Shown piece by piece: positions 1-7,665 of a DNA stretch of 52,994 nt. The stretch is from a virus (taxonomy: Duplodnaviria > Caudoviricetes). Where the stretch lies: positions 1-52,994 of the IMG/VR virus record IMGVR_UViG_3300025869_000018; one strand, given 5' to 3'. Numbering within the stretch: position 1 is the stretch's first letter; each line of letters begins with the position of its first letter. A program made the position numbers and the translations under genes. The notes beneath the pieces were generated by a model, which was not told where the DNA came from, did no database searches, and was given only the letters and a program-made list of their open reading frames with translations.

Positions 1-330
1 GTAATAGGTAGTAGGGCTGTGATGGGTATGGTAGGAATGCCAGACGAACCTAAACAAAAAGTATCAACTGGCAGACCTGCTGGTTGGCATTTTATGAATG
101 AGTTCGTAGATAAAGATGGTAATGTATTTCACAAGGGTAAAGAACAACCTAAGTTGTTTGGAACTCTTAAACCTACTAAGGTTAAACCACCCAAGAAGAA
201 AGCGAAACGTAGGTCTAAACAAGAGATACTTATTGCTAGACAGGCTGAAAAGAAAGCAGCTCTTAAAAAAGCAGTTCAAAAGCAGAAAGATTTTTTAAAC
301 CATAAATTCGGAGATAATACTAATGTTTAA
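1..330 (+). CDS. Hypothetical basic protein, 5' end probably truncated
   Basis: Frame is open from base 1 to TAA at 330; Lys-rich C-terminus; the next ORF overlaps its end. Confidence 0.7.
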   Translation, partial: VIGSRAVMGMVGMPDEPKQKVSTGRPAGWHFMNEFVDKDGNVFHKGKEQPKLFGTLKPTKVKPPKKKAKRRSKQEILIARQAEKKAALKKAVQKQKDFLNHKFGDNTNV

Positions 331-539
331 TAAAGATAAAAAAAAACCTAAACGGTTTAAGGTTAGTCCAAAACTAAAAGGTGACACACGCTTAGAAAAT
401 GAACCTTATGAAGACTATAAAGAAAGACGTAAAGTTGAAAAGATATTAGTAAAGCAATATCTACAAGGTACGTTATATGAAAAGTAATTTAACCAAACGT
501 AAAAATAGTTCTTATGTTTTAAACCATAAATTTGGAGAT
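293..539 (+). repeat. 23-nt direct repeat TTTTAAACCATAAATTYGGAGAT at 293-315 and 517-539
   Basis: 22/23 identical; each copy ends in the GGAG ribosome-binding site of the following gene. Confidence 0.85.
323..487 (+). CDS. Small hypothetical protein, 54 aa (MFNKDKKKPKRF...LYEK)
   Basis: Translated by hand; GGAG upstream; below the size cut-off of the ORF track. Confidence 0.65.
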   Translation: MFNKDKKKPKRFKVSPKLKGDTRLENEPYEDYKERRKVEKILVKQYLQGTLYEK

Positions 540-542
540 TAG

Positions 543-849
543 ATGGCTAAGAAAAATCAACCATTAGATAGAGAGTATTTCAAAAGAAGAGCTAATCGCT
601 AATCCTAATGTTAAAAAAGGCCCACAACTAACAAAATGTTGTGGTCAGGATAAAGATTACGATAGTCTAAATGTTAGAAATAGTGAAGATTGGAAACTGA
701 TTGAAAACTATATCGAAGAACATCTCAGGGAGTATACCAAACACATAAGTGTTACTCCTGTTTCTTGCGAGAAGTGTGGTATTCTTTTAGAGTATTCTAC
801 TGATATTGATATAGATAAGACATTGGGTTATTATGAAAAAAGTAATTAA
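543..849 (+). pseudogene. Hypothetical Cys-containing protein (~99 aa) frameshifted by a 7-nt tandem duplication
   Basis: GCTAATC is doubled at 591-604. Removing one copy gives a continuous ORF MAKKNQPLD...KCCG...SCEKCG...YEKSN with a GGAG RBS. Confidence 0.7.
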
Positions 850-1423
850 TTGTTTTAAAGAAGACAATCCACTAATTCAAAAAACTTTAAGGAGAGTAAC
901 AGTTGAAGAAGGAGAAACTATTGCAACAAAACTATTTCAGATACTTAACGAAAGAGGAGACGGGATTGGGTTGGCAGCTAATCAAGTGGGAATTGATGCG
1001 CAAGTGGCCGTGGTTAACGTTCGTGAGCCAATCGTTCTTATCAATCCTAAAATTGTTTCTCGTGAAACTGAGATACCTTTTTACGAGGGTTGTCTCTCTT
1101 ATCCTGGCAAAGGGGTAAATACTAAGAGGTATGAGACTGTAGAAGTTAAATCGGATACTGTTGAAGGTACAATGATATTTAGTGGTGTAGATACAGGTGA
1201 GTCTGGAAAAGGTAGTTGGGAACATAGTGAAGTTAAAGAAGATAGGCACGTAAGAACCTTAGAAGCAGTTTGTGTTCAACACGAAATAGACCACCTTAAT
1301 GGTATAAGGTGTTTGGATAGGGTGGTGGATACTACCATAAGAGTTGAAAAGAAGCCAGGCCGTAATGAACCATGTCCTTGTCAAAGTGGTAAAAAGTTTA
1401 AAAAATGTTGTATTAATAAATAA
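833..1423 (+). CDS. def: Peptide deformylase with C-terminal SEC-C motif
   Basis: All three PDF motifs present ([24 protein letters not shown]); C-terminal [18 protein letters not shown]. Confidence 0.95.
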   Translation: MKKVINCFKEDNPLIQKTLRRVTVEEGETIATKLFQILNERGDGIGLAANQVGIDAQVAVVNVREPIVLINPKIVSRETEIPFYEGCLSYPGKGVNTKRYETVEVKSDTVEGTMIFSGVDTGESGKGSWEHSEVKEDRHVRTLEAVCVQHEIDHLNGIRCLDRVVDTTIRVEKKPGRNEPCPCQSGKKFKKCCINK

Positions 1424-1441
1424 TAAATAGGAGTAATAGTA

Positions 1442-1618
1442 ATGTATAAAATAAAAGATAAAGTTGAGTTTAAAGCTAACTCATTAGATGTCGGTACAAT
1501 AGTAGGTTTACCTGATGAGGATACCCATATGTATGCTATAGAAACATTGTCTGGTAACGTAATTAGATGCACAGAACATTATTTTAAAGAAGTCACAGTA
1601 AGTAAGGAAGACAAATAG
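1442..1618 (+). CDS. Small hypothetical protein, 58 aa, possibly SH3-like (MYKIKDKVEF...)
   Basis: Translated by hand; AGGAG RBS; fills the gap between genes. Confidence 0.7.
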   Translation: MYKIKDKVEFKANSLDVGTIVGLPDEDTHMYAIETLSGNVIRCTEHYFKEVTVSKEDK

Positions 1619-1628
1619 GAGAAATTTT

Positions 1629-2183
1629 ATGAAGAGCAAAACGTATTGGATAATGGCTGTATGGTCGATACTTTGGTTAGTAGGAATCGGAAGTCAGATA
1701 AAGTTCTCAATGAATCACGATGAACTTCGAAACGAATTAAATGCAAAAAATGATAAGCTTGAAAGTAGAATCAAAATATATGAGAAGTTAGCAGACCCTA
1801 AAAGTGTTCAACTTTATGTTAGTGAGCTAAATGGTATATTAGATAATATGACAAAACTAATCAGAGTTGTAGAGAGTGGAGAAGAAATAGATGCGTTCTT
1901 TGGTAAGATGGAAAATGATATTAAAACAGTCAAAGATATGGTAAATAACATATATCCTATAGTTGAAGAACTTGATAATAGTGTAGAGGCTTATATAGTT
2001 CGAAATAATTTTCGAATGGAAGCGACACAAGAAAATATTGACGAACTTATAGGTGATGCTGAAGACTCTGATTTGAGGCTCATAAAGAAGTTTGATATTA
2101 TTGAAAATGACTTGAGGGATATAAGGAACATATTAAATGAGATTGAAAACTCAAAAATAGGTTCTAAGATATTTAAGAAATAA
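1629..2183 (+). CDS. N-terminally membrane-anchored coiled-coil protein
   Basis: Hydrophobic N-terminus followed by heptad-like sequence; AGGAG RBS. Confidence 0.8.
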   Translation: MKSKTYWIMAVWSILWLVGIGSQIKFSMNHDELRNELNAKNDKLESRIKIYEKLADPKSVQLYVSELNGILDNMTKLIRVVESGEEIDAFFGKMENDIKTVKDMVNNIYPIVEELDNSVEAYIVRNNFRMEATQENIDELIGDAEDSDLRLIKKFDIIENDLRDIRNILNEIENSKIGSKIFKK

Positions 2184-2184
2184 T

Positions 2185-2358
2185 ATGAGAAAAGATTTTT
2201 TTAATATAAGAGATATAAAAGACTTTTTAAGATTACTAACTTTTTTTATTGTTTCACCTATTATTGGGATAGTTATGTTAGTAGGCATGGTAGGAACTTC
2301 AGTAGCTATGGTTTGTATGTATGTTAAGGATTTTATTATGGAGAGGTTTTATGAATAA
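2185..2358 (+). CDS. Small membrane protein, 57 aa (MRKDFFNIRD...)
   Basis: Translated by hand; long hydrophobic stretch; abuts both neighbours. Confidence 0.6.
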   Translation: MRKDFFNIRDIKDFLRLLTFFIVSPIIGIVMLVGMVGTSVAMVCMYVKDFIMERFYE

Positions 2359-2683
2359 AATAAAATTGTATTGGAGTATAATATCACCGACACTAAAGAT
2401 AATGTCAATTGGTATCGTAGTATTTTTTGTTATAGGTGTGGCTCTTAGCATACCTCTATGTTTAGTTTGGAATTGGTTAATGCCAACCATATTTGATTTA
2501 CCAACCATAAATGTTTTAGAAGCATTTGGTTTATCTGTATTAGTTACATTACTATCTCCAAGAAAAGTAGATTTTGCTAAAAATAAAAGTGTAGAGAATA
2601 TACCAGATGTAAAATTAAATGATGAGCTAAACGATAAGTTAGAAAAAGTTTTAAAGGATATTACATCAGAATTTAAAGCTTAA
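2351..2683 (+). CDS. Membrane protein with two hydrophobic segments
   Basis: Start moved to MNKIK, which follows GAGAGG; contains WNWLMPTIFDLP between the hydrophobic segments. Confidence 0.75.
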   Translation: MNKIKLYWSIISPTLKIMSIGIVVFFVIGVALSIPLCLVWNWLMPTIFDLPTINVLEAFGLSVLVTLLSPRKVDFAKNKSVENIPDVKLNDELNDKLEKVLKDITSEFKA

Positions 2684-2715
2684 CCTATTTATATCAGTAA
2701 TAAGTGGAGATTTAA

Positions 2716-2865
2716 ATGTTAGATTTAGAATGGGTATTAAGCAGTTTAAGAGAAGCTAGAGACGAAGAGAATTGGGATTTAATAAAAGAAATAATAAGTT
2801 ATTTAGAAAGTCGTGATGACTTTAATGATGACGAAGGTTGGTCAGAACATTTAGAAAATATTTAA
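2716..2865 (+). CDS. Small acidic protein, 49 aa (MLDLEWVLSS...)
   Basis: GGAG RBS; TATTTATA motif upstream; ends 5 nt before the tmRNA. Confidence 0.65.
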   Translation: MLDLEWVLSSLREARDEENWDLIKEIISYLESRDDFNDDEGWSEHLENI

Positions 2866-2869
2866 ATAT

Positions 2870-3285
2870 GGGGCTGTAATGGAACTCGACAGGTGTTATT
2901 TGAAAATAGAGTGCAGCAGAGATTGAGTATGTCTCGTAACAAAAGACTCACAAACCTAATTGACGAATCTAATTCGTTAGCCGGGTTGGACATTGATTGG
3001 CACTTAGCCAATGCTGAAATGGGATTTGACAACTTTGTCGCTCCTATTCAGAATGACCAACCAACTTACGCCTACACGGCTTAAGTTACTGAGTTGTCTA
3101 ACACTCGGTTATAAAATAAGTTAGACACCAACTCTTTTATATCAGAGTATAAAGAAATATCAGTTGGTAACTCTGAGTAAAGTTACAAGTAGTTTGTCAG
3201 TTACTTCTTATTGAAACTGAACTAAGCTGTAAATGACTCTTTGGAGAATACAGACTGGACGCGGGTTCGACTCCCGCCAGCTCCA
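2870..3285 (+). ncRNA. ssrA: tmRNA
   Basis: GGGGCTG pairs with CAGCTCC-A, giving the G3.U70 Ala identity pair. T-arm GCGGG-TTCGACT-CCCGC; GGAACTCGAC D-loop region; pk1-like GAGA/TCTC plus TGAGT/ACTCA; tag frame ends YAYTA-stop; pseudoknot follows the stop. CCA is not encoded. Confidence 0.95.
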
Positions 3286-3303
3286 CAAATTTAAGGAAAT
3301 GGT

Positions 3304-3748
3304 ATGTCAGCAACAATAATGTTAGGAGCGGCTACAGCCGCAGTAACGGCTTGTACAACAGCCACAGCTGCTAATACAGCAGCTGGTTTAACTGCAGTTG
3401 GATACGGTCCTGCTATGTCAGTTACATTATCAACAACCTTTCCTATAATAACCACATCGATGGGTACTATCATTACTATACTAACACCAGCCTTTCCACT
3501 ACAGGTAAGCCCACCTACCGCTAAGGTAAGACCAGAAGATGCTCGTAAGGTACTTTCTGATTTAGCTATTATAGTAACTGATGTGAGTTCTGCTACTGTA
3601 CAATCTGTTGCGTCTGTTGGATTACCAAGTCCAACTTTTTGGTTTACCAAGTCCAACATTTCCAGCCGCAGTTACTAACGTTAGTAGTAAACTATCAAAG
3701 TTAACTCTTTTTATCACACAAAAATTCGTAGTACCATTAACTTTTTAA
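3304..3748 (+). CDS. Ala/Thr-rich hypothetical protein. As assembled it stops at 3678; it extends to 3748 if a 22-nt duplication is removed
   Basis: AAGGA RBS and AT-ending codons. Near-tandem copies at 3618-3639 and 3640-3661 both encode GLPSPTF. Confidence 0.6.
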
Positions 3749-3762
3749 AAATAAATTAAAAT

Positions 3763-3800
3763 AAACCTTGACTCGTATATGTTTTTATTTGTATTATTAG
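3763..3800 (+). promoter_or_regulatory. Sigma70-type (early) promoter, copy 1
   Basis: A-rich UP tract, TTGACT-18 nt-TATTAT; AAACCTTGACTCGTA is identical to copy 2. Confidence 0.75.
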
Positions 3801-3823
3801 GTGTAACAAATAAGGAATAAATA

Positions 3824-4069
3824 ATGAATATAAAACTAGAAATAAGTAAACTAAAAAGTCTTTCGGAATTGAATGAGTTATCATCATTCGTTAATGAATG
3901 TAAAACTCTGTTAGGTAAAGCAGCTCTGTCTGTTGGAGCTAATGTCTTCGTAGTTCAGAAAACTAAAAAGACTCCTGGTGTCATCACTAAGATGAATATC
4001 AAAAAGGCCATCGTTGAAATGAATGGTATGTCTTATAACGTTCCATTTTCAATGTTGGAATTAGCTTAA
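3824..4069 (+). CDS. Hypothetical protein with SH3/KOW-like C-terminal half
   Basis: AAGGA RBS; own promoter; beta-rich pattern VGANVFV...GVITKMNIKKAIV...YNVPFSML. Confidence 0.8.
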   Translation: MNIKLEISKLKSLSELNELSSFVNECKTLLGKAALSVGANVFVVQKTKKTPGVITKMNIKKAIVEMNGMSYNVPFSMLELA

Positions 4070-4082
4070 AATAAAATAAAAA

Positions 4083-4120
4083 AAACCTTGACTCGTACCT
4101 TAATATTGTGTATATTAGGG
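4083..4120 (+). promoter_or_regulatory. Sigma70-type (early) promoter, copy 2
   Basis: A-rich UP tract, TTGACT-18 nt-TATATT, followed by AGG as in copy 1. Confidence 0.75.
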
Positions 4121-4142
4121 TATGAGAAAAAGGGAAAAAATA

Positions 4143-4304
4143 ATGAAGAAAATAAAAAAAGTAAAAAAGAATATGATTGGTTATGGAGCTAAAAAAGCAG
4201 CTCTTGATGATATGAAAAAAGACAATACAATGTTTGATAACTTAGATGGATACTTTGGTAATCCAGATTCTGATTCGAAAATAATTGAGGATTTTCTAAA
4301 ATAA
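4143..4304 (+). CDS. Small hypothetical protein
   Basis: ORF downstream of promoter copy 2. The start could be 4122, but 4143 follows AAGGGA. Confidence 0.55.
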   Translation: MKKIKKVKKNMIGYGAKKAALDDMKKDNTMFDNLDGYFGNPDSDSKIIEDFLK

Positions 4305-4340
4305 AATTGTATAACAGTATATACAGATATACTTATTATT

Positions 4341-4412
4341 GCGGAGGAAGTGTTATAGGAAACACACTTTCTTTCCAAGAAAGAGATATTGGTTCGACTC
4401 CAATCCTCCGCT
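4341..4412 (+). tRNA. tRNA-Gly(TCC), atypical
   Basis: Acceptor GCGGAGG/CCTCCGC, D-stem GTGT/ACAC, anticodon arm CTTTC-TTTCCAA-GAAAG, T-arm ATTGG-TTCGACT-CCAAT, discriminator U73; CCA not encoded. Confidence 0.93.
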
Positions 4413-4470
4413 CAAAATTTTGGCCAGCGAGGCTATTTACTAATTGACTATTAAATAAAGAGAGTACCAT

Positions 4471-5664
4471 ATGGGTTTTAATGATTTCTTCGATGAAGAA
4501 AAATTTGACTTCGATGCTGAACGCAAGAAGTTTATAGGTAATTTAGACTACCTCAAGTCTATGTCTGTACAAGAACAAACATTATATAAAAAGTGGATGG
4601 AGTTTAATGCTGATGTCTACTCTATGACGCAGAAAGCATCAAAGTTTTCTAAGATAGAAAAGTCTATCTGGCTACCTAAAGATATTAACAATAAAGAACA
4701 AACTATCAAAGAGATAGAAGCCTTAGAACCTTACGTTGAGATGACCGAACAAGGTAATACAGAACAGAATGAGATGTGGACATTGGTTCGTAGGTTGATT
4801 CACACTATGGAGTTTACTGCTAATCCTGGCAGAAACGTAAAGTTCTATGTAAAGGATAAAGTTAGTGGTAAGATATTGGGTATCATATGTTTAGGTTCTG
4901 ATGTAACATCATTAGGAGCTAGAGATACTTTTATCGGTTGGAGTAAAGACAATAAATTTAAAGATGGTAAACTTAAACACACATCTATCGGTACAACTAT
5001 ATGTTGCGCTCAACCATTAGGTTTTAATTTCTTAGGTGGTAAGTTAGTAGCCGCTATGGTTACATCATCGGTAGTTAGGGATGCTTGGAAGAAGTTGTAT
5101 GGACAAACCTTAGTTGGTTTATCTACCACATCTCTTTATGGTATTCATTCTATGTATAACTCTATACCACTTTGGAAAACATTAGGTTCTTCATCAGGTA
5201 AGATAGCTCTTAAACCAGATGACGAAACTTATGATGTATGGCATCAATGGTTAAAAGAAAATCAATCAGAAGAGTATCTGAAACAGACTACGCAAAAAGA
5301 AGGTGTAGCGGGTCCTCCAACAGGCGTAAAACAAAAGGTTATCAATATGATATTCAGAGCAGTTGGAGTTAAAGCATCAACCTATATGCATGGATTTAAG
5401 AGAGGTATCTTTTATGCTGATATGTATGAGAATGGTAAGGAGTTCCTGAGGGGAGAGATAGAAGAAAAAGATTTAAAGATGAAACAAAAGTATATTGATG
5501 ATAGTGATTACATTATGAATTGGTGGAAACCTAAAGCTATCAAAAGGTATACTAAGTTATTTGATGAAGGTAAACTTAAACCAGAGAAGTTATTCTACGG
5601 CGACATCGTGGGAAAAACTTGGGAAGAAACAAAAAAGTTGTACTTGAGTGAAGTTGGAAGGTAG
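4471..5664 (+). CDS. DUF4338 / Druantia DruA-like protein (putative GNAT-related fold)
   Basis: Motifs PGRNVKFYV, LGARDTFIGW, PLGFNFLGGKLVA and TTSLYG..SMYN match my recollection of this family. Confidence 0.75.
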   Translation: MGFNDFFDEEKFDFDAERKKFIGNLDYLKSMSVQEQTLYKKWMEFNADVYSMTQKASKFSKIEKSIWLPKDINNKEQTIKEIEALEPYVEMTEQGNTEQNEMWTLVRRLIHTMEFTANPGRNVKFYVKDKVSGKILGIICLGSDVTSLGARDTFIGWSKDNKFKDGKLKHTSIGTTICCAQPLGFNFLGGKLVAAMVTSSVVRDAWKKLYGQTLVGLSTTSLYGIHSMYNSIPLWKTLGSSSGKIALKPDDETYDVWHQWLKENQSEEYLKQTTQKEGVAGPPTGVKQKVINMIFRAVGVKASTYMHGFKRGIFYADMYENGKEFLRGEIEEKDLKMKQKYIDDSDYIMNWWKPKAIKRYTKLFDEGKLKPEKLFYGDIVGKTWEETKKLYLSEVGR

Positions 5665-5804
5665 TGAGTAAAAAAATAAATAAAAAATTGTATTTCGTAT
5701 ATTTGGCTGATATCTATTATAGATTGCTTTATGAAGTAATAGAACATAATATTAACCAAGTAAAATCTTTCTTCTTGAAGAAGATTAGAAATGGAGTTTT
5801 TAAA

Positions 5805-6008
5805 ATGAAAAAAAACCTACACCCCTCAGTTGTCAGTACAGCAGATTGGATTGACAATTTAATTAAACAAGAACGTAAAACATCTCAAATTCTCAAATCA
5901 ATTCGTAAAAATGGATTGAAGAGAAATTTCTATACTGAAAATGAAAGAAACTTAGTAAGTAATGTTACTGAGTCAATCAAGTTTAGAATTGAGTTGTCTA
6001 AACAATAA
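5805..6008 (+). CDS. Small hypothetical protein, 67 aa
   Basis: Start reassigned to ATG 5805 after GGAG; the upstream part of the track ORF looks like promoter/leader DNA. Confidence 0.6.
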   Translation: MKKNLHPSVVSTADWIDNLIKQERKTSQILKSIRKNGLKRNFYTENERNLVSNVTESIKFRIELSKQ

Positions 6009-6093
6009 TACATGAAGTCAATGGACTTATGTATAAACCGTAACTGCTAGTTTATCTCTTTGGAGTAAATTAGTTTAACAATAGGAGTTGTAA

Positions 6094-7665
6094 ATGGAAA
6101 ACAACAAAGTAGACGTACTTAAAACGGATGAAGTTGTAGAAGCTTATATAGATAGTGTATTTGATAAGAATGATACTTTACCATCAAGTGATGATAATGC
6201 TAAGTTTAGTGTTAGCTTTTGTAAAAACGCTATGATAGACTTATCACCTAAAGAGTATCAAAGAGAAAAAGTGGCTACTTACGCTTGGAAAGTAGAACTC
6301 ATAAAAACTTTACTAGTTCATAGTCATTACAGAATACCATCAATACATTTCAGAATCTTTCGTAATGAAAAAGAAGCTAGGGATGTTATTTGTTATGAGG
6401 TAGTTGATGGACAACAGAGATTGAGTGCAATACTTGAGTTTATCAATGATGCTGATTTTAAACTACCAGATGATTTCCCTAAAGTTTCAGGTAAGTTTGA
6501 TATAAGTGGTATGAACTTTAAAGAAGTATCTGCAAAATATCCTACTCTTCGTAGTAAGATATTGAACTATGGTTTATCAGTAACTTTGTATGATAACTTT
6601 ACTGATGATATGGTTTCACAACTTTTCGTTGATGTTCTAAATAATACTAATGATTTAAAACCTCAAGAAAAAAGAAACGCTATTCGTAGTGCACTTGCTA
6701 AGTATGTAAGAGAAACTTCTCGAACAGGTTCTCTACATAAATTGTTTACTAGAATAACTGAGAATCCGAAGACACCTGAAGAAAGACATTACTGGAAATA
6801 CTTCTCAAAGAAATTTGGATTAGGTCGTATGGAAGGAGATGAGTGGTTAGCTGAACTTATTTATCTTTTCCTAAAAGGAATGTCCTCTGGCGTTACTCAA
6901 TCTAAATTAAATGACTTTTACAAAAAAACAGCTGTTGTAAAAGACCATCCAGAAGAATGGAATTTCAAAGATGAATTGAAAACTTTAGACTTTTCTAAGT
7001 TGGATAAGGAAATAGATTCACTCCTTTCATCTATGCTTGAAATAATCAAAGCTGCTGGAGATGATAATAGACACAGATTTAATAGAGTTTTTTCTCTATT
7101 CGCAGTTTTGTTTCTATATGAAATGAAGGTTAAGTACAATTGTACTCAAGTTGATTACAAAAAGTACACTACCAATCTTATGAAGACGTATGATAAGTGG
7201 TTAGAACCTAAAACTTATCGTAATAGGGTTCAACACGATGGTTCTACTGTTATGGATAAGTTTTCTAAACTGTTTGGTGGTAAAAACCCTAATGTTTTCA
7301 AAACTGCTGAGATGATTTGTCTTGAAGAGATAAACGGTAATCCTGCGGATTGGGGCTTGGTTGAGCTCGATTCTCGTACATCTTTTTCTAAAGATGATAT
7401 AGAACGTAGGTTGGCTGAAAATGGTGGTGTGTGTGATTATACAGGCGAACCATTAAAGTTTGCAGATGCAGTTGGAGACCACGATATTCCTCGTAGTTGG
7501 GGTATAGGTCTTGGTGGTGATACGGAATACCACAACCTAAAAGTAACGACTAAATATCATAACCAACAAAAACTAAATATGTGTGGTGATGATTACTTAG
7601 AAAAGTTGGGTAAGTTTGCGCAGGCAAAGGCGCAAGCTCGTAAAGCTAAGGAAATGACTGCTTAG
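6094..7665 (+). CDS. DUF262 (ParB-like) plus C-terminal HNH nuclease, GmrSD/SspE-like architecture
   Basis: N-terminal EYQRE, IPSI, EVVDGQQRL, F...LN; C-terminal DHDIPRSWG...GG....NL......HNQQK. Confidence 0.85.
   Translation: MENNKVDVLKTDEVVEAYIDSVFDKNDTLPSSDDNAKFSVSFCKNAMIDLSPKEYQREKVATYAWKVELIKTLLVHSHYRIPSIHFRIFRNEKEARDVICYEVVDGQQRLSAILEFINDADFKLPDDFPKVSGKFDISGMNFKEVSAKYPTLRSKILNYGLSVTLYDNFTDDMVSQLFVDVLNNTNDLKPQEKRNAIRSALAKYVRETSRTGSLHKLFTRITENPKTPEERHYWKYFSKKFGLGRMEGDEWLAELIYLFLKGMSSGVTQSKLNDFYKKTAVVKDHPEEWNFKDELKTLDFSKLDKEIDSLLSSMLEIIKAAGDDNRHRFNRVFSLFAVLFLYEMKVKYNCTQVDYKKYTTNLMKTYDKWLEPKTYRNRVQHDGSTVMDKFSKLFGGKNPNVFKTAEMICLEEINGNPADWGLVELDSRTSFSKDDIERRLAENGGVCDYTGEPLKFADAVGDHDIPRSWGIGLGGDTEYHNLKVTTKYHNQQKLNMCGDDYLEKLGKFAQAKAQARKAKEMTA

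Noticed and set aside
2893-3084. 63-aa ORF as an independent gene
   Set aside because: It lies inside the tmRNA; its 3' part is the tag reading frame.
3291-3659. Minus-strand 122-aa ORF
   Set aside because: Codon-aligned shadow of the + strand ORF, which has an RBS and matches the local gene orientation.
4471-5664. Complete Druantia defence system
   Set aside because: No DruE-like helicase or other Dru genes are recognisable nearby.
5664-5804. N-terminal 47 aa of the track ORF 5664..6008
   Set aside because: Looks like promoter/hairpin leader DNA, and a better RBS precedes ATG 5805. Not fully excluded, because the GTG is coupled to the upstream stop.
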